This document shows positions 56,663 through 64,000 of a stretch of 64,000 nucleotides of DNA, one piece after another. Source of the DNA: an uncultured Acidobacteriota bacterium (GTDB lineage Bacteria > Acidobacteriota > Thermoanaerobaculia > UBA5066 > Gp7-AA6); assembly GCA_963738945.1 (NCBI GenBank), contig CAVTYD010000003.1:302114-366113 (forward strand), in the 5' to 3' direction. The stretch's first letter is position 1. Each line of letters opens with the position of its first letter. The notes beneath the pieces were generated by a model. The model was not told the DNA's origin. It worked only from the letters and a program-made list of their open reading frames with translations, and did not search any database. The translations under genes and the position numbers were made by a program.

Positions 56663-59408
56663 GTGGTCGGCCGAGATCCGCCGGCGCCTCGAGGGCCTCC
56701 GGATCGATCCCGCTCGCGAGGCCTCCATTGTCGAAGAGCTGTCCCAGCATCTCGAGGATCGCTACGCGGAGCTGATGGCCGGCGGCGCGGCTCCGGAAGA
56801 CGCGCGCCGGTCTTCGCTGGAGGAGCTCGCCGGCGGCGGCCTGGCGGCCGCGCTGAAGGAGTCGCTTCCGCGCCCGGCGCCGCCCCGCACGCCGACCCCC
56901 GAGGCGGACCTCGGGCTCTTCGCCGGCCTCGCCAGGGATTTCCGCTACGGCGCGCGGCGCCTGCGGCTGGAGCCGGCCTTCGCGCTCGTCGCCATTCTGT
57001 CGCTCGCGCTCGGCATCGGCGCGAACACGGCGATCTTCCAGCTGCTCGACGCGGTCCGCCTGCGGAGCCTGCCGGTCGCGCGGCCCGGCGAGCTCGTGAA
57101 CGTCCGCATCGAAAAATGGAAGGGCCGCACGGGCAGCTTCTCGGGGCACTTCCCGGACCTGACGTCCCTTCTCTTCGAGCGGATCCGCGCCGAGCAGAAG
57201 GCGTTCTCTCAGCTGGCGGCCTGGAGCTCCGACCGCATCAACCTCGCCTCCGGCGGCGAGGCGCGCTACGCCGAGGCCATGTGGGTCAGCGGAACGTTCT
57301 TCGACACCGTCGGGGTCGCGCCATTGCAGGGACGCCTCCTCGGCCCCTCCGACGACATGCCCGGATGCCCCTCTCCGTCCGTCGTGTTGAGCGAGCGGTT
57401 CTGGCGGCGGGAGCTCGGAGGAAAGAACCTCGCCGCCGGAGAGACCATCACCCTCGAGGGTCACCGGTTCGAGATCGCGGGCATCACGCCTGCCCGGTTC
57501 TTCGGGGTCGAGGTGGGCCACGCCTTCGACGTCGCCCTGCCCACCTGCGCCGAGGACCTGCTCACCGACGATCCCCGGACGAAGGGGAGGTCGTCCTGGT
57601 GGCTCTCGACGATCGGCCGCCTCGCCCCGGGCTGGACGCTCGCGAAGGCCAATGCGCACCTGGACGCGATCTCGAAACGGATCTTCGAGGCCGCGCTGCC
57701 CGAAGACTACGACGCGGCGGACTCGAAGAACTTTCTCGAGATGAAGCTCGCGGCTTCGCCCGCCGCCACCGGTTTCTCGGACCTCCGTTCAGACTATTCG
57801 AATCCGCTGTGGCTCCTCCTCGGCATCTCGGCCCTCGTGCTGCTGATCGCCTGCGCGAACATCGCCAACCTCATGATCGCCCGCGCGAGCGCGCGCCAGC
57901 GCGAGATCGCCATCCGCCTCGCGCTCGGAGCGTCGCGGCGACGGCTGGTCCGCCAGCTGCTCGCCGAGAGCCTCGTGCTCGCCGCGGCGGGAGCCCTCGC
58001 GGGGGCGGCGCTCGCCCAGGTGCTGAGCCGCAAGCTGCTGGCCTTTCTCGGCACGCACGACACGCAGTGGGTCGTGGAGATGCCGCTCGACCTGCGCCTC
58101 CTGGCGTTCACCGCGGGGATCGCCATTCTGACCTGCGTCCTCTTCGGATTGCTTCCCGCCCTGCAGGCATCGCGCACGGACCCCATCGAGGCGATGAAGG
58201 CCTCGGGCCGCGGCATCGCCGGCGGCGGCGCGCGGCTCGCCGTGCGGCGGGCGCTCGTCGTGTCGCAGGTGGCGCTTTCGCTCGTCCTGCTCGTCGGCGC
58301 GTTGCTCTTCGTCCGCAGCCTGCGCAACCTGCTCACCCTCGACGCCGGTTTCGGACGGGACCACGTCCTCGTCGTCGACGTCGATCACACGCGCCTGCGC
58401 GTTCCGAAGGAACGCCGCGTCGCGCTGAGGGCCGACGTCCTCGAGCGGGTCCACGCGGTGCCCGGCGTGACCGACGCCGCCGTCGCCCGCCTGGTCCCGC
58501 TCGGGGGGCGTTACTGGAACTCGAGCATCAGCGTCGAGGGGACCGAGGTCCGGCACCAGGCGGCCTACTTCAACCAGGTGGGGCCCGGGTACTTCCGCGC
58601 GATCGGGTCGACCCTGCTCGCCGGCCGCGACTTCACGGCGCGGGACGACGTCTCCGCTCCGCCGGTCGCGATCGTCACCGAGACGTTCGCGCGCAAGTTC
58701 CTCGCCGGCGCCAGCCCCATCGGGCGGACCGTCCAGATCGACAACCAGGGAGGCGACACGGTCCGGCGCTTCGAGATCGTCGGTTTCGCCCGGGACTCGA
58801 AATATGAGGATCTCCGGGAGGACTTTCAGCCGATCGTCTACCTGTCCCAGGCCCAGGATCGGGATCCGCGTCCGTGGTTCTCGGTCATCGTGCGCTCGGA
58901 CCTGTCCCTCTCCGGCCTCCGGCGCGCCCTGTCCTCGGCCGTCGGCTCCGTAAGCCCCGAGATCGACCTCCAGTTCCAGCCGATGGGCGAGCTGATGCGC
59001 GACGGCCTTGTGCGCGACCGCCTGATGGCGAGCCTCTCGTCCTTCTTCGGCTTCCTCGCCGCCCTGCTCGCGACGATCGGACTCTACGGCGTCGTGTCGT
59101 ACATGGTCGTGCGCCGGCGCAACGAGATCGGCGTGCGCATGGCCCTCGGCGCGACGCGGAGCGACATCCTCGGCCTCGTCCTGCGGGAAGCGGGAACGCT
59201 GGTCGCGGCCGGTCTCCTCATCGGAACGGTCCTCGCGATCGGCGCCGCGTCCTTCGCGCGCTCCCTCCTCTTCGGACTGAAACCCTCCGATCCGGCGACG
59301 CTCGCATTCGCGGCCGCCGGTCTGACCGCGGTCGCCGCCGTCGCGAGCCTGCTGCCGGCGCGCCGCGCGGCGACGCTCGACCCCGTCACGGCGCTGCGGG
59401 ACGAGTAG
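56655..59408 (+). CDS. ADOP-family duplicated permease (MacB-like, 2x FtsX), PadR-coupled
   Basis: The start overlaps the PadR stop. The N-terminus begins MPEWSAEIRRRLEGLRIDPAREASIVEELSQHLEDRY. Two FtsX modules are present. Confidence 0.85.
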   Translation: MPEWSAEIRRRLEGLRIDPAREASIVEELSQHLEDRYAELMAGGAAPEDARRSSLEELAGGGLAAALKESLPRPAPPRTPTPEADLGLFAGLARDFRYGARRLRLEPAFALVAILSLALGIGANTAIFQLLDAVRLRSLPVARPGELVNVRIEKWKGRTGSFSGHFPDLTSLLFERIRAEQKAFSQLAAWSSDRINLASGGEARYAEAMWVSGTFFDTVGVAPLQGRLLGPSDDMPGCPSPSVVLSERFWRRELGGKNLAAGETITLEGHRFEIAGITPARFFGVEVGHAFDVALPTCAEDLLTDDPRTKGRSSWWLSTIGRLAPGWTLAKANAHLDAISKRIFEAALPEDYDAADSKNFLEMKLAASPAATGFSDLRSDYSNPLWLLLGISALVLLIACANIANLMIARASARQREIAIRLALGASRRRLVRQLLAESLVLAAAGALAGAALAQVLSRKLLAFLGTHDTQWVVEMPLDLRLLAFTAGIAILTCVLFGLLPALQASRTDPIEAMKASGRGIAGGGARLAVRRALVVSQVALSLVLLVGALLFVRSLRNLLTLDAGFGRDHVLVVDVDHTRLRVPKERRVALRADVLERVHAVPGVTDAAVARLVPLGGRYWNSSISVEGTEVRHQAAYFNQVGPGYFRAIGSTLLAGRDFTARDDVSAPPVAIVTETFARKFLAGASPIGRTVQIDNQGGDTVRRFEIVGFARDSKYEDLREDFQPIVYLSQAQDRDPRPWFSVIVRSDLSLSGLRRALSSAVGSVSPEIDLQFQPMGELMRDGLVRDRLMASLSSFFGFLAALLATIGLYGVVSYMVVRRRNEIGVRMALGATRSDILGLVLREAGTLVAAGLLIGTVLAIGAASFARSLLFGLKPSDPATLAFAAAGLTAVAAVASLLPARRAATLDPVTALRDE

Positions 59409-59725
59409 CACCGGAAATTTCGCGCGGGCCCGCGCACATCTACCCGGAGTGCGGCCGGCTCGTTCGAGCTGCTCCCGCCGGGTGCCCTCCTCCGGGTCGA
59501 TCCGCACGAAGTGTGGGTTTTCACCCCTTGTGTCGTGGCCATCAACGGCTGGGACCGTCTGAACATCGCGCTGCGCACGCCCGCGGGCGCGTACCGGGCG
59601 GCGGCCCGGACCCGCGCCGAACCGAAGAGCCGCGCGGCCCGTCCCGAGGCCGCCCACGAGAACTTCGGGAGTCCGCCGCCGGCGGGCATGGAGCGCCCGG
59701 ATTTCGGGGACCGGGAAGTGGGAAA

Positions 59726-60109
59726 ATGGCGCCCATGCCGCCGACGATGGCTCACGGGAAAATCTGTTACCTCGAGATTCCCGCCGTCGACGTCGCCCGC
59801 TCGAGCGAGTTCTACGGCAGAGTCTTCGGCTGGAAGATCCGCCGGCGCGGCGATGGCACGACGGCCTTCGACGACGGCGTCTTCGAAGTGAGTGGCGCGT
59901 TCGTCACGGGTCGGCCGCCCTCCCGGGACGCGGGCCTTCTTCTCTACGTCATGGTGGAGGACGCCGCCGCGGCGGTGAAGGCCATCGAGTCGAACGGCGG
60001 ACAGATCGTTCAGCCGATCCACCCCGACGCGCCCGAGATCGTCGCGCGATTCCGCGATCCGGCGGGCAACGTCGTCGGCATCTACCAGGAGAGATCGCTC
60101 CGGTCGTGA
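59726..60109 (+). CDS. VOC-family (glyoxalase/bleomycin-resistance fold) protein
   Basis: The protein is 127 aa. YLEIPAVDVARSSEFYGRVFGW matches the glyoxalase fold. Confidence 0.65.
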   Translation: MAPMPPTMAHGKICYLEIPAVDVARSSEFYGRVFGWKIRRRGDGTTAFDDGVFEVSGAFVTGRPPSRDAGLLLYVMVEDAAAAVKAIESNGGQIVQPIHPDAPEIVARFRDPAGNVVGIYQERSLRS

Positions 60110-60161
60110 CCACTCGAGACGCCGGTGGGAGGATCCTTCCGGGTCCGGCGCGGCGTCGTCC

Positions 60162-60980
60162 ATGAGCGCCGCGGGACGAGACATCGCCTTTTCGGGCGGC
60201 GTCCCGGGCGCGTACGAGACCCACCTCGTTCCCCTGCTCTTCCAGCCATACGCCGAGGACCTCGTCGTCCGGCTCGCCTCGCGAAGGCCGGGCTCCGTCC
60301 TCGAGACCGCGTGCGGCACGGGAGTCCTCACTCGGGTCATGGCGGCGAAGCTTCCGGATCGAGTCTCCATCACCGCGACCGACCTCAATCCGCCGATGCT
60401 CGATCAGGCGGCGGCGCTCGGCACCCCGCGCGCCGTGGAGTGGAGACCGGCCGACGCGCTGGACCTTCCCTTTCCGGCCGCGAGCTTCGACGCCGTCGCC
60501 TGCCAGTTCGGCGTCATGTTCTTTCCGGACCGCCCGCGCGGATACGCGGAGGCGCGCCGCGTGCTGCGGAGGGGCGGAGGATTTCTCTTCAGCTCCTGGG
60601 ATCGCATCGCCGACAACGAACTCGCGCAGGTCGTTCAGGACGCCCTCGCGCCGCTCTTTCCGGACGATCCTCCCCGGTTCATGGAGCGCACGCCGCACGG
60701 TTACGCGGACGTGTCGCGGATCGCGGGCGATCTCGCCGCGGCCGGCTTCGAGGGCGAGCCCCGCGTCGAAACCGTGGCGCTGCGCAGCCGCGCCCGATCC
60801 GCCCGGAACGCCGCAGCGGCCTTCTGCCTGGGAACGCCGCTGCGCGGCGAGATCGAATCGCACGGCGGTCAAAGCCTCGAGGACGCGCTCCGCGCCGCCG
60901 AGGAGGCCCTCGCGCGCCGGTTCGGCAACGGCGAGATCGACGCGCGCATGCAGGCGCACATCGTCGAGATCGAGCGCTGA
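60162..60980 (+). CDS. Class I SAM-dependent methyltransferase
   Basis: LETACGTG (motif I) and VLRRGGGFLFSSWD are present. Confidence 0.7.
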   Translation: MSAAGRDIAFSGGVPGAYETHLVPLLFQPYAEDLVVRLASRRPGSVLETACGTGVLTRVMAAKLPDRVSITATDLNPPMLDQAAALGTPRAVEWRPADALDLPFPAASFDAVACQFGVMFFPDRPRGYAEARRVLRRGGGFLFSSWDRIADNELAQVVQDALAPLFPDDPPRFMERTPHGYADVSRIAGDLAAAGFEGEPRVETVALRSRARSARNAAAAFCLGTPLRGEIESHGGQSLEDALRAAEEALARRFGNGEIDARMQAHIVEIER

Positions 60981-60987
60981 GACGGCG

Positions 60988-61683
60988 TCAGGACCCCTTC
61001 CGGCGGAGACGGGCGCGCTCCATCGATTCCGTCGTCGCGGCGAAGGCGACGACCCACACGAGGCCGGTCAGCATCCCGGCCAGGGTGTCCGTGGGCCAGT
61101 GGGCGCCCAGGTAGACCCGCGAGACGGCCACGGCGAGAACGAGGATCGCGGCGCCCCCGGCGGCGAGAAGACGGGGGCCGGGCCGCTTCGTCAGATGGAA
61201 GACGATCGCGGCGAGCCCTCCGAAGAAGACCGTCGCCATCACCGTATGGCCGCTCGGAAAGCTGTACGTCTTCTCCCTCACGATCGCTCCCCACTGGTCG
61301 GGACGGGCGCGCGCGATCGAGATCTTCAGCGCGGAGCTCAAACCGAATCCGCCGAGCACGCTTCCCATGAAGAGAAGCGCCGAGACGTGACGCCGGCGCG
61401 CCCAGAGCAGGATCGCGACCAGGAGGGTGACCGGGAGAAGGAAGTACCGGTCGCCCGTCGACGTCACCGCCATCATCGCCGCGGTCAAGGCCGGGGAGCG
61501 GTCCGCGATCAACGCATCGCGGACCTGGGCGTCCATCGAACCCGGCCGGCCCCGCTGCTCCCGGATCTCGTGCGCCATCCAGCCGAGCGCAACCGCCAGC
61601 ACGGCGCAGGTCAGAAAGCTGATCGTGAAGGAGAGGCCGACGATCTCCTCGCGCGAGAACCTTCGGCGCAGAAACGCACGCAC
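60988..61683 (-). CDS. PAP2-family phosphatase (phosphatidic acid phosphatase type 2 fold), membrane
   Basis: The KxxxxxxRP, PSGH and SRxxxxxHxxxD motifs are present (ALKISIARARP, SFPSGHT, SRVYLGAHWPTD). Confidence 0.8.
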   Translation of the reverse strand: MRAFLRRRFSREEIVGLSFTISFLTCAVLAVALGWMAHEIREQRGRPGSMDAQVRDALIADRSPALTAAMMAVTSTGDRYFLLPVTLLVAILLWARRRHVSALLFMGSVLGGFGLSSALKISIARARPDQWGAIVREKTYSFPSGHTVMATVFFGGLAAIVFHLTKRPGPRLLAAGGAAILVLAVAVSRVYLGAHWPTDTLAGMLTGLVWVVAFAATTESMERARLRRKGS

Positions 61684-61688
61684 GGCCT

Positions 61689-63785
61689 CTAGTTCGCCGG
61701 CCGCACACCGAGCGCGGCGTAGAGCGCTCCCGCGTCGTAGATGTTGCCGCCCTGGACGACCGTGACGACCCGGCGAATGTCGGCGATCCGAGCGGTCGGA
61801 TCGCCGTCCACCAGGATCAGATCGGCCGCCTTGTCGGGAGCGATGGACCCCGTCTGCGCATCGCGTTTCATCACTCTCGCCGCACCGAGCGTGGCGATCT
61901 GGAGCGCCTTCGGCGCCGGGATGCCCGCCGCCACGTACTGCTCGAGCTCACTGTGCAGGCTGAAGCCCGCGATGGCGTCCGTGCCGGCCACGATCGGAAT
62001 TCCGGCGGCGTAGAACATCTTCAGCATTCTCAGCATCGCCCGATACGAGTCCCGGTAACGCCCGTCCATCCCCGGAGGGACGGGCAGGCCGACGCTGAGA
62101 CCGCCGCGGCGAATCTGCGGCGGCAGCCGGGGAGCGACTTCCACGAGAACCGGTGACATCTCGCCGGGCCGCCCGAGGAACATCTCCTCGAAGACGTTGA
62201 CGGTCGGATCGACGACGGTGTGGTGCTCCTGGAGGAATCGAAGGAACGCGCGCACGCGCTCGGAATCCAGGTCGAGCTCCGCCGCGTGCTCGGCGACGGC
62301 GGTGAAGCGGGCGGGAGTCCGGGTGTCCGGGACCGAGTCGAACAGGAAGTTCAAGAACCAGAAATTGGCGTGTTGAACCTCGTCGAAGCCCTGCTCGATC
62401 GCCTGCTGCATCGTCATGAAGGCCGGAACGTGTCCGCTCACCCGCATCCCCTGGCGATGGGCCTCCGCCGCGATCACGGGCACGAGCTCCGGTTTGACCG
62501 AGCTGTAGATCTTGATCTGGACGTAGCCGAGCGATTTGTAGCGGTCCACGTCGGCCCGCGCCTCCTCCGGCGTGTCGGCGAAGACCTTCGTCGGACCCTG
62601 ATAGGGGCCGCGGCCGTCGATGAACCCGGCCTCGAGCACGTGCGGCCCGATGAGCGCACCCGACTCGAAGCGCGGGACGAGCTCCTGGAGGTGCTCGATG
62701 TCGTTGGCCATGTCGCGCACGGTCGTGACGCCGGCGGCCATGTGGAGCAGTCCATCGTCCCAATCGCCGAGGTGCACGTGCATGTCCCAGAGACCGGGGA
62801 GAAGCATCCGGCCGTTCGCGTCGAGGACCTGCTGCCCGGGCTCGGGGCGAACGGTCGCGTCGGGCCGCACCGCCGCGATCCGCCTTCCGGCGACCAGCAC
62901 CGACATCCCCTCTTTCACCGTGGCCGTCTCGCTGTCGAAGAGCCGGGCATGCCGGATCAACAAGGGCTTGGCGAGCCTCTTCTGGAGGCTGCGAGCGACT
63001 TCTTCGCCGCGCACCGCGGCGCGCCCCTTCTGGGTCGCGAGCAGGCCGGGCCATGCCGACTCGGCGCCGCCGCGCACGCTGGCGGACCAGTCGCTTCCGC
63101 TGGCGAGCAAGCGGCCGTCATCGCCGAGCCACACGTCCGCCGGCGTGAATCCGAACCCCGTTTCCTCGTAGAGGATCGCCGTCTCTTTCCGGCCTCCGAT
63201 CTCGACGCTCTGGTCGGCGACGCGCGCGATCGCCGCCTCGCCTTCCGGCAGGAGAGGGAGCCGGTGACCCGGAGCGGCGAGCAGGGCCGACTCGGTCTCG
63301 TTCTCGAGGACGCCGTAGAGAGGAACGTAGAGGGCCGGGCTCGTCAGCGTCTTCTCGCCCTTTTCGGAGCCGTTGCTCCAGCTCGCCTTGCCGTCCGCGA
63401 TTCGAAAGTGCTCCTCGACCGGCGACTTGAGGTAATCGCTTCCGGCGGCGTCGAGCTCGGTGAGGATCCCCGAGCGGTCCACGATGTAGCGCGTGAGAAT
63501 GCTCGGGCCTCGCCCGCGGTCGTTGAACGCGAAGAAGGTGTGCCGGGCGCCGTCCGGACTCGTCCACGCGGCCAGGAGACCCGCCTCGTTGTCCGCGATG
63601 CGGACCGAATAGCGGCGGGCGTCGGGCGGAACCTCGGGAGGCACCGTGACGAGCGACGCCTGCGCGGGCTCGGTCTTGCCCGGCGCGGGAGGTTCCTGCC
63701 GGGGGAACCGCGAGCCGGCCCCAACGGAGACGAGAAGGAGCGCACCCATTCCGACCAGAGCACGGACGAATCGAGGCATGCTCAT
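61689..63785 (-). CDS. Amidohydrolase-family metal-dependent hydrolase, secreted
   Basis: A signal peptide is present. The metal ligands include the HVH triad (DMHVHLGD), and there is a large TIM-barrel amidohydrolase fold. Confidence 0.65.
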   Translation of the reverse strand: MSMPRFVRALVGMGALLLVSVGAGSRFPRQEPPAPGKTEPAQASLVTVPPEVPPDARRYSVRIADNEAGLLAAWTSPDGARHTFFAFNDRGRGPSILTRYIVDRSGILTELDAAGSDYLKSPVEEHFRIADGKASWSNGSEKGEKTLTSPALYVPLYGVLENETESALLAAPGHRLPLLPEGEAAIARVADQSVEIGGRKETAILYEETGFGFTPADVWLGDDGRLLASGSDWSASVRGGAESAWPGLLATQKGRAAVRGEEVARSLQKRLAKPLLIRHARLFDSETATVKEGMSVLVAGRRIAAVRPDATVRPEPGQQVLDANGRMLLPGLWDMHVHLGDWDDGLLHMAAGVTTVRDMANDIEHLQELVPRFESGALIGPHVLEAGFIDGRGPYQGPTKVFADTPEEARADVDRYKSLGYVQIKIYSSVKPELVPVIAAEAHRQGMRVSGHVPAFMTMQQAIEQGFDEVQHANFWFLNFLFDSVPDTRTPARFTAVAEHAAELDLDSERVRAFLRFLQEHHTVVDPTVNVFEEMFLGRPGEMSPVLVEVAPRLPPQIRRGGLSVGLPVPPGMDGRYRDSYRAMLRMLKMFYAAGIPIVAGTDAIAGFSLHSELEQYVAAGIPAPKALQIATLGAARVMKRDAQTGSIAPDKAADLILVDGDPTARIADIRRVVTVVQGGNIYDAGALYAALGVRPAN

Positions 63786-63821
63786 GAATCCCCTCCGAGG
63801 ACGCACGACCACGGGATCATG

Positions 63822-64000
63822 TCACGCGGGATCGGGCGGAGCGCCGGCGCTCCGCATTCCGTCGAAGATCGCGCGCTGGCCGGCGAGGATCCGCTTCTCG
63901 GCCTCGAGGTCGGGCTCCATCGTCTCGACGCCGCGCTCGTGCGTGCCGCCGAGGACGATTCCGTCGCTTCTCGGAAACATGTAGAGATCGCTCGTCACGA
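63822..64000 (-). CDS. 3' end of a hypothetical protein (partial, continues beyond window)
   Basis: The frame is open to the window edge. It ends ...IFDGMRSAGAPPDPA followed by TGA. Confidence 0.35.
   Translation of the reverse strand, partial: VTSDLYMFPRSDGIVLGGTHERGVETMEPDLEAEKRILAGQRAIFDGMRSAGAPPDPA

Noticed and set aside
1-64000. CRISPR arrays, tRNA/rRNA genes, transposases, integrases, phage genes
   Set aside because: No short direct-repeat arrays were seen. No tRNA T-arm-like GTTCGAATC motifs were found. No recombinase or transposase-like ORFs were recognised.

Overview
This window is about 70% GC and gene-dense, with a chromosomal housekeeping/accessory gene mix and no obvious mobile DNA. 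Two MacB-like ADOP-family duplicated permeases (one PadR-coupled, one beside an ArsR–SRPBCC pair), sortilin/Vps10 BNR-repeat proteins and DUF4349 are consistent with Acidobacteriota, but the phylum is inferred from gene content only. I support about 63 protein-coding genes and found no rRNA, tRNA, CRISPR, transposase or integrase by eye.

Genes I recognise include:
- **Lipid and small-molecule metabolism:** a 5'-truncated PlsC acyltransferase; a translationally coupled PLP-dependent dehydratase plus ornithine-cyclodeaminase pair; the fluoride channel CrcB with DUF190; a diheme cytochrome c → quinone oxidoreductase → NmrA operon; a second threonine-dehydratase paralog; exonuclease III; YbjQ; an FGE-sulfatase-domain protein; O- and N-type methyltransferases; PAP2; an amidohydrolase.
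- **Transport:** an ABC-2 exporter with an attached secreted protein; a TauE/SafE exporter.
- **Secreted or periplasmic hydrolases and envelope proteins (a strong theme):** two beta-lactamase-family serine hydrolases; a DmpA/S58 aminopeptidase; an M3 dipeptidyl carboxypeptidase (Dcp); several alpha/beta hydrolases; an MBL-fold hydrolase; a HEAT-repeat protein with a TonB C-terminal domain; Spy/CpxP-like, DUF2059, DUF4156, DUF2911 and DUF1345 proteins; a PilZ-domain protein coupled to a secreted protein.

Hunt highlights:
1. A tandem thioredoxin-like (TlpA-type) lipoprotein, 39086..40912, is interrupted by a single in-frame TGA that aligns with the CxxC position of its degenerate first domain. 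This is a pseudogene, a read-through/Sec candidate, or two genes.
2. A diverged paralog of the intact 1074-aa Vps10/sortilin-like gene, 30962..34150, carries at least nine frameshifts confined to its N-terminal half. Its C-terminal 495 codons remain open and are start/stop-coupled to the downstream FGE-like gene.
3. A 685-aa GreA/GreB-family protein has a roughly 500-aa N-terminal extension. It sits in an operon with an enolase-superfamily enzyme and a ChaN–PDZ protein whose signal-peptide-like N-terminus lies upstream of any canonical start codon.
4. A perfect 16-bp palindrome, CGCGAAAATTTTCGCG, lies in a lipoprotein promoter region.
5. A DinB-family gene has an internal deletion and frameshift but is still coupled to a downstream DUF1801 gene.

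Coordinates follow the supplied ORF track, with the stop codon included. The displayed sequence has a few dropped characters in places, so hairpin coordinates are approximate to ±1–2 nt.
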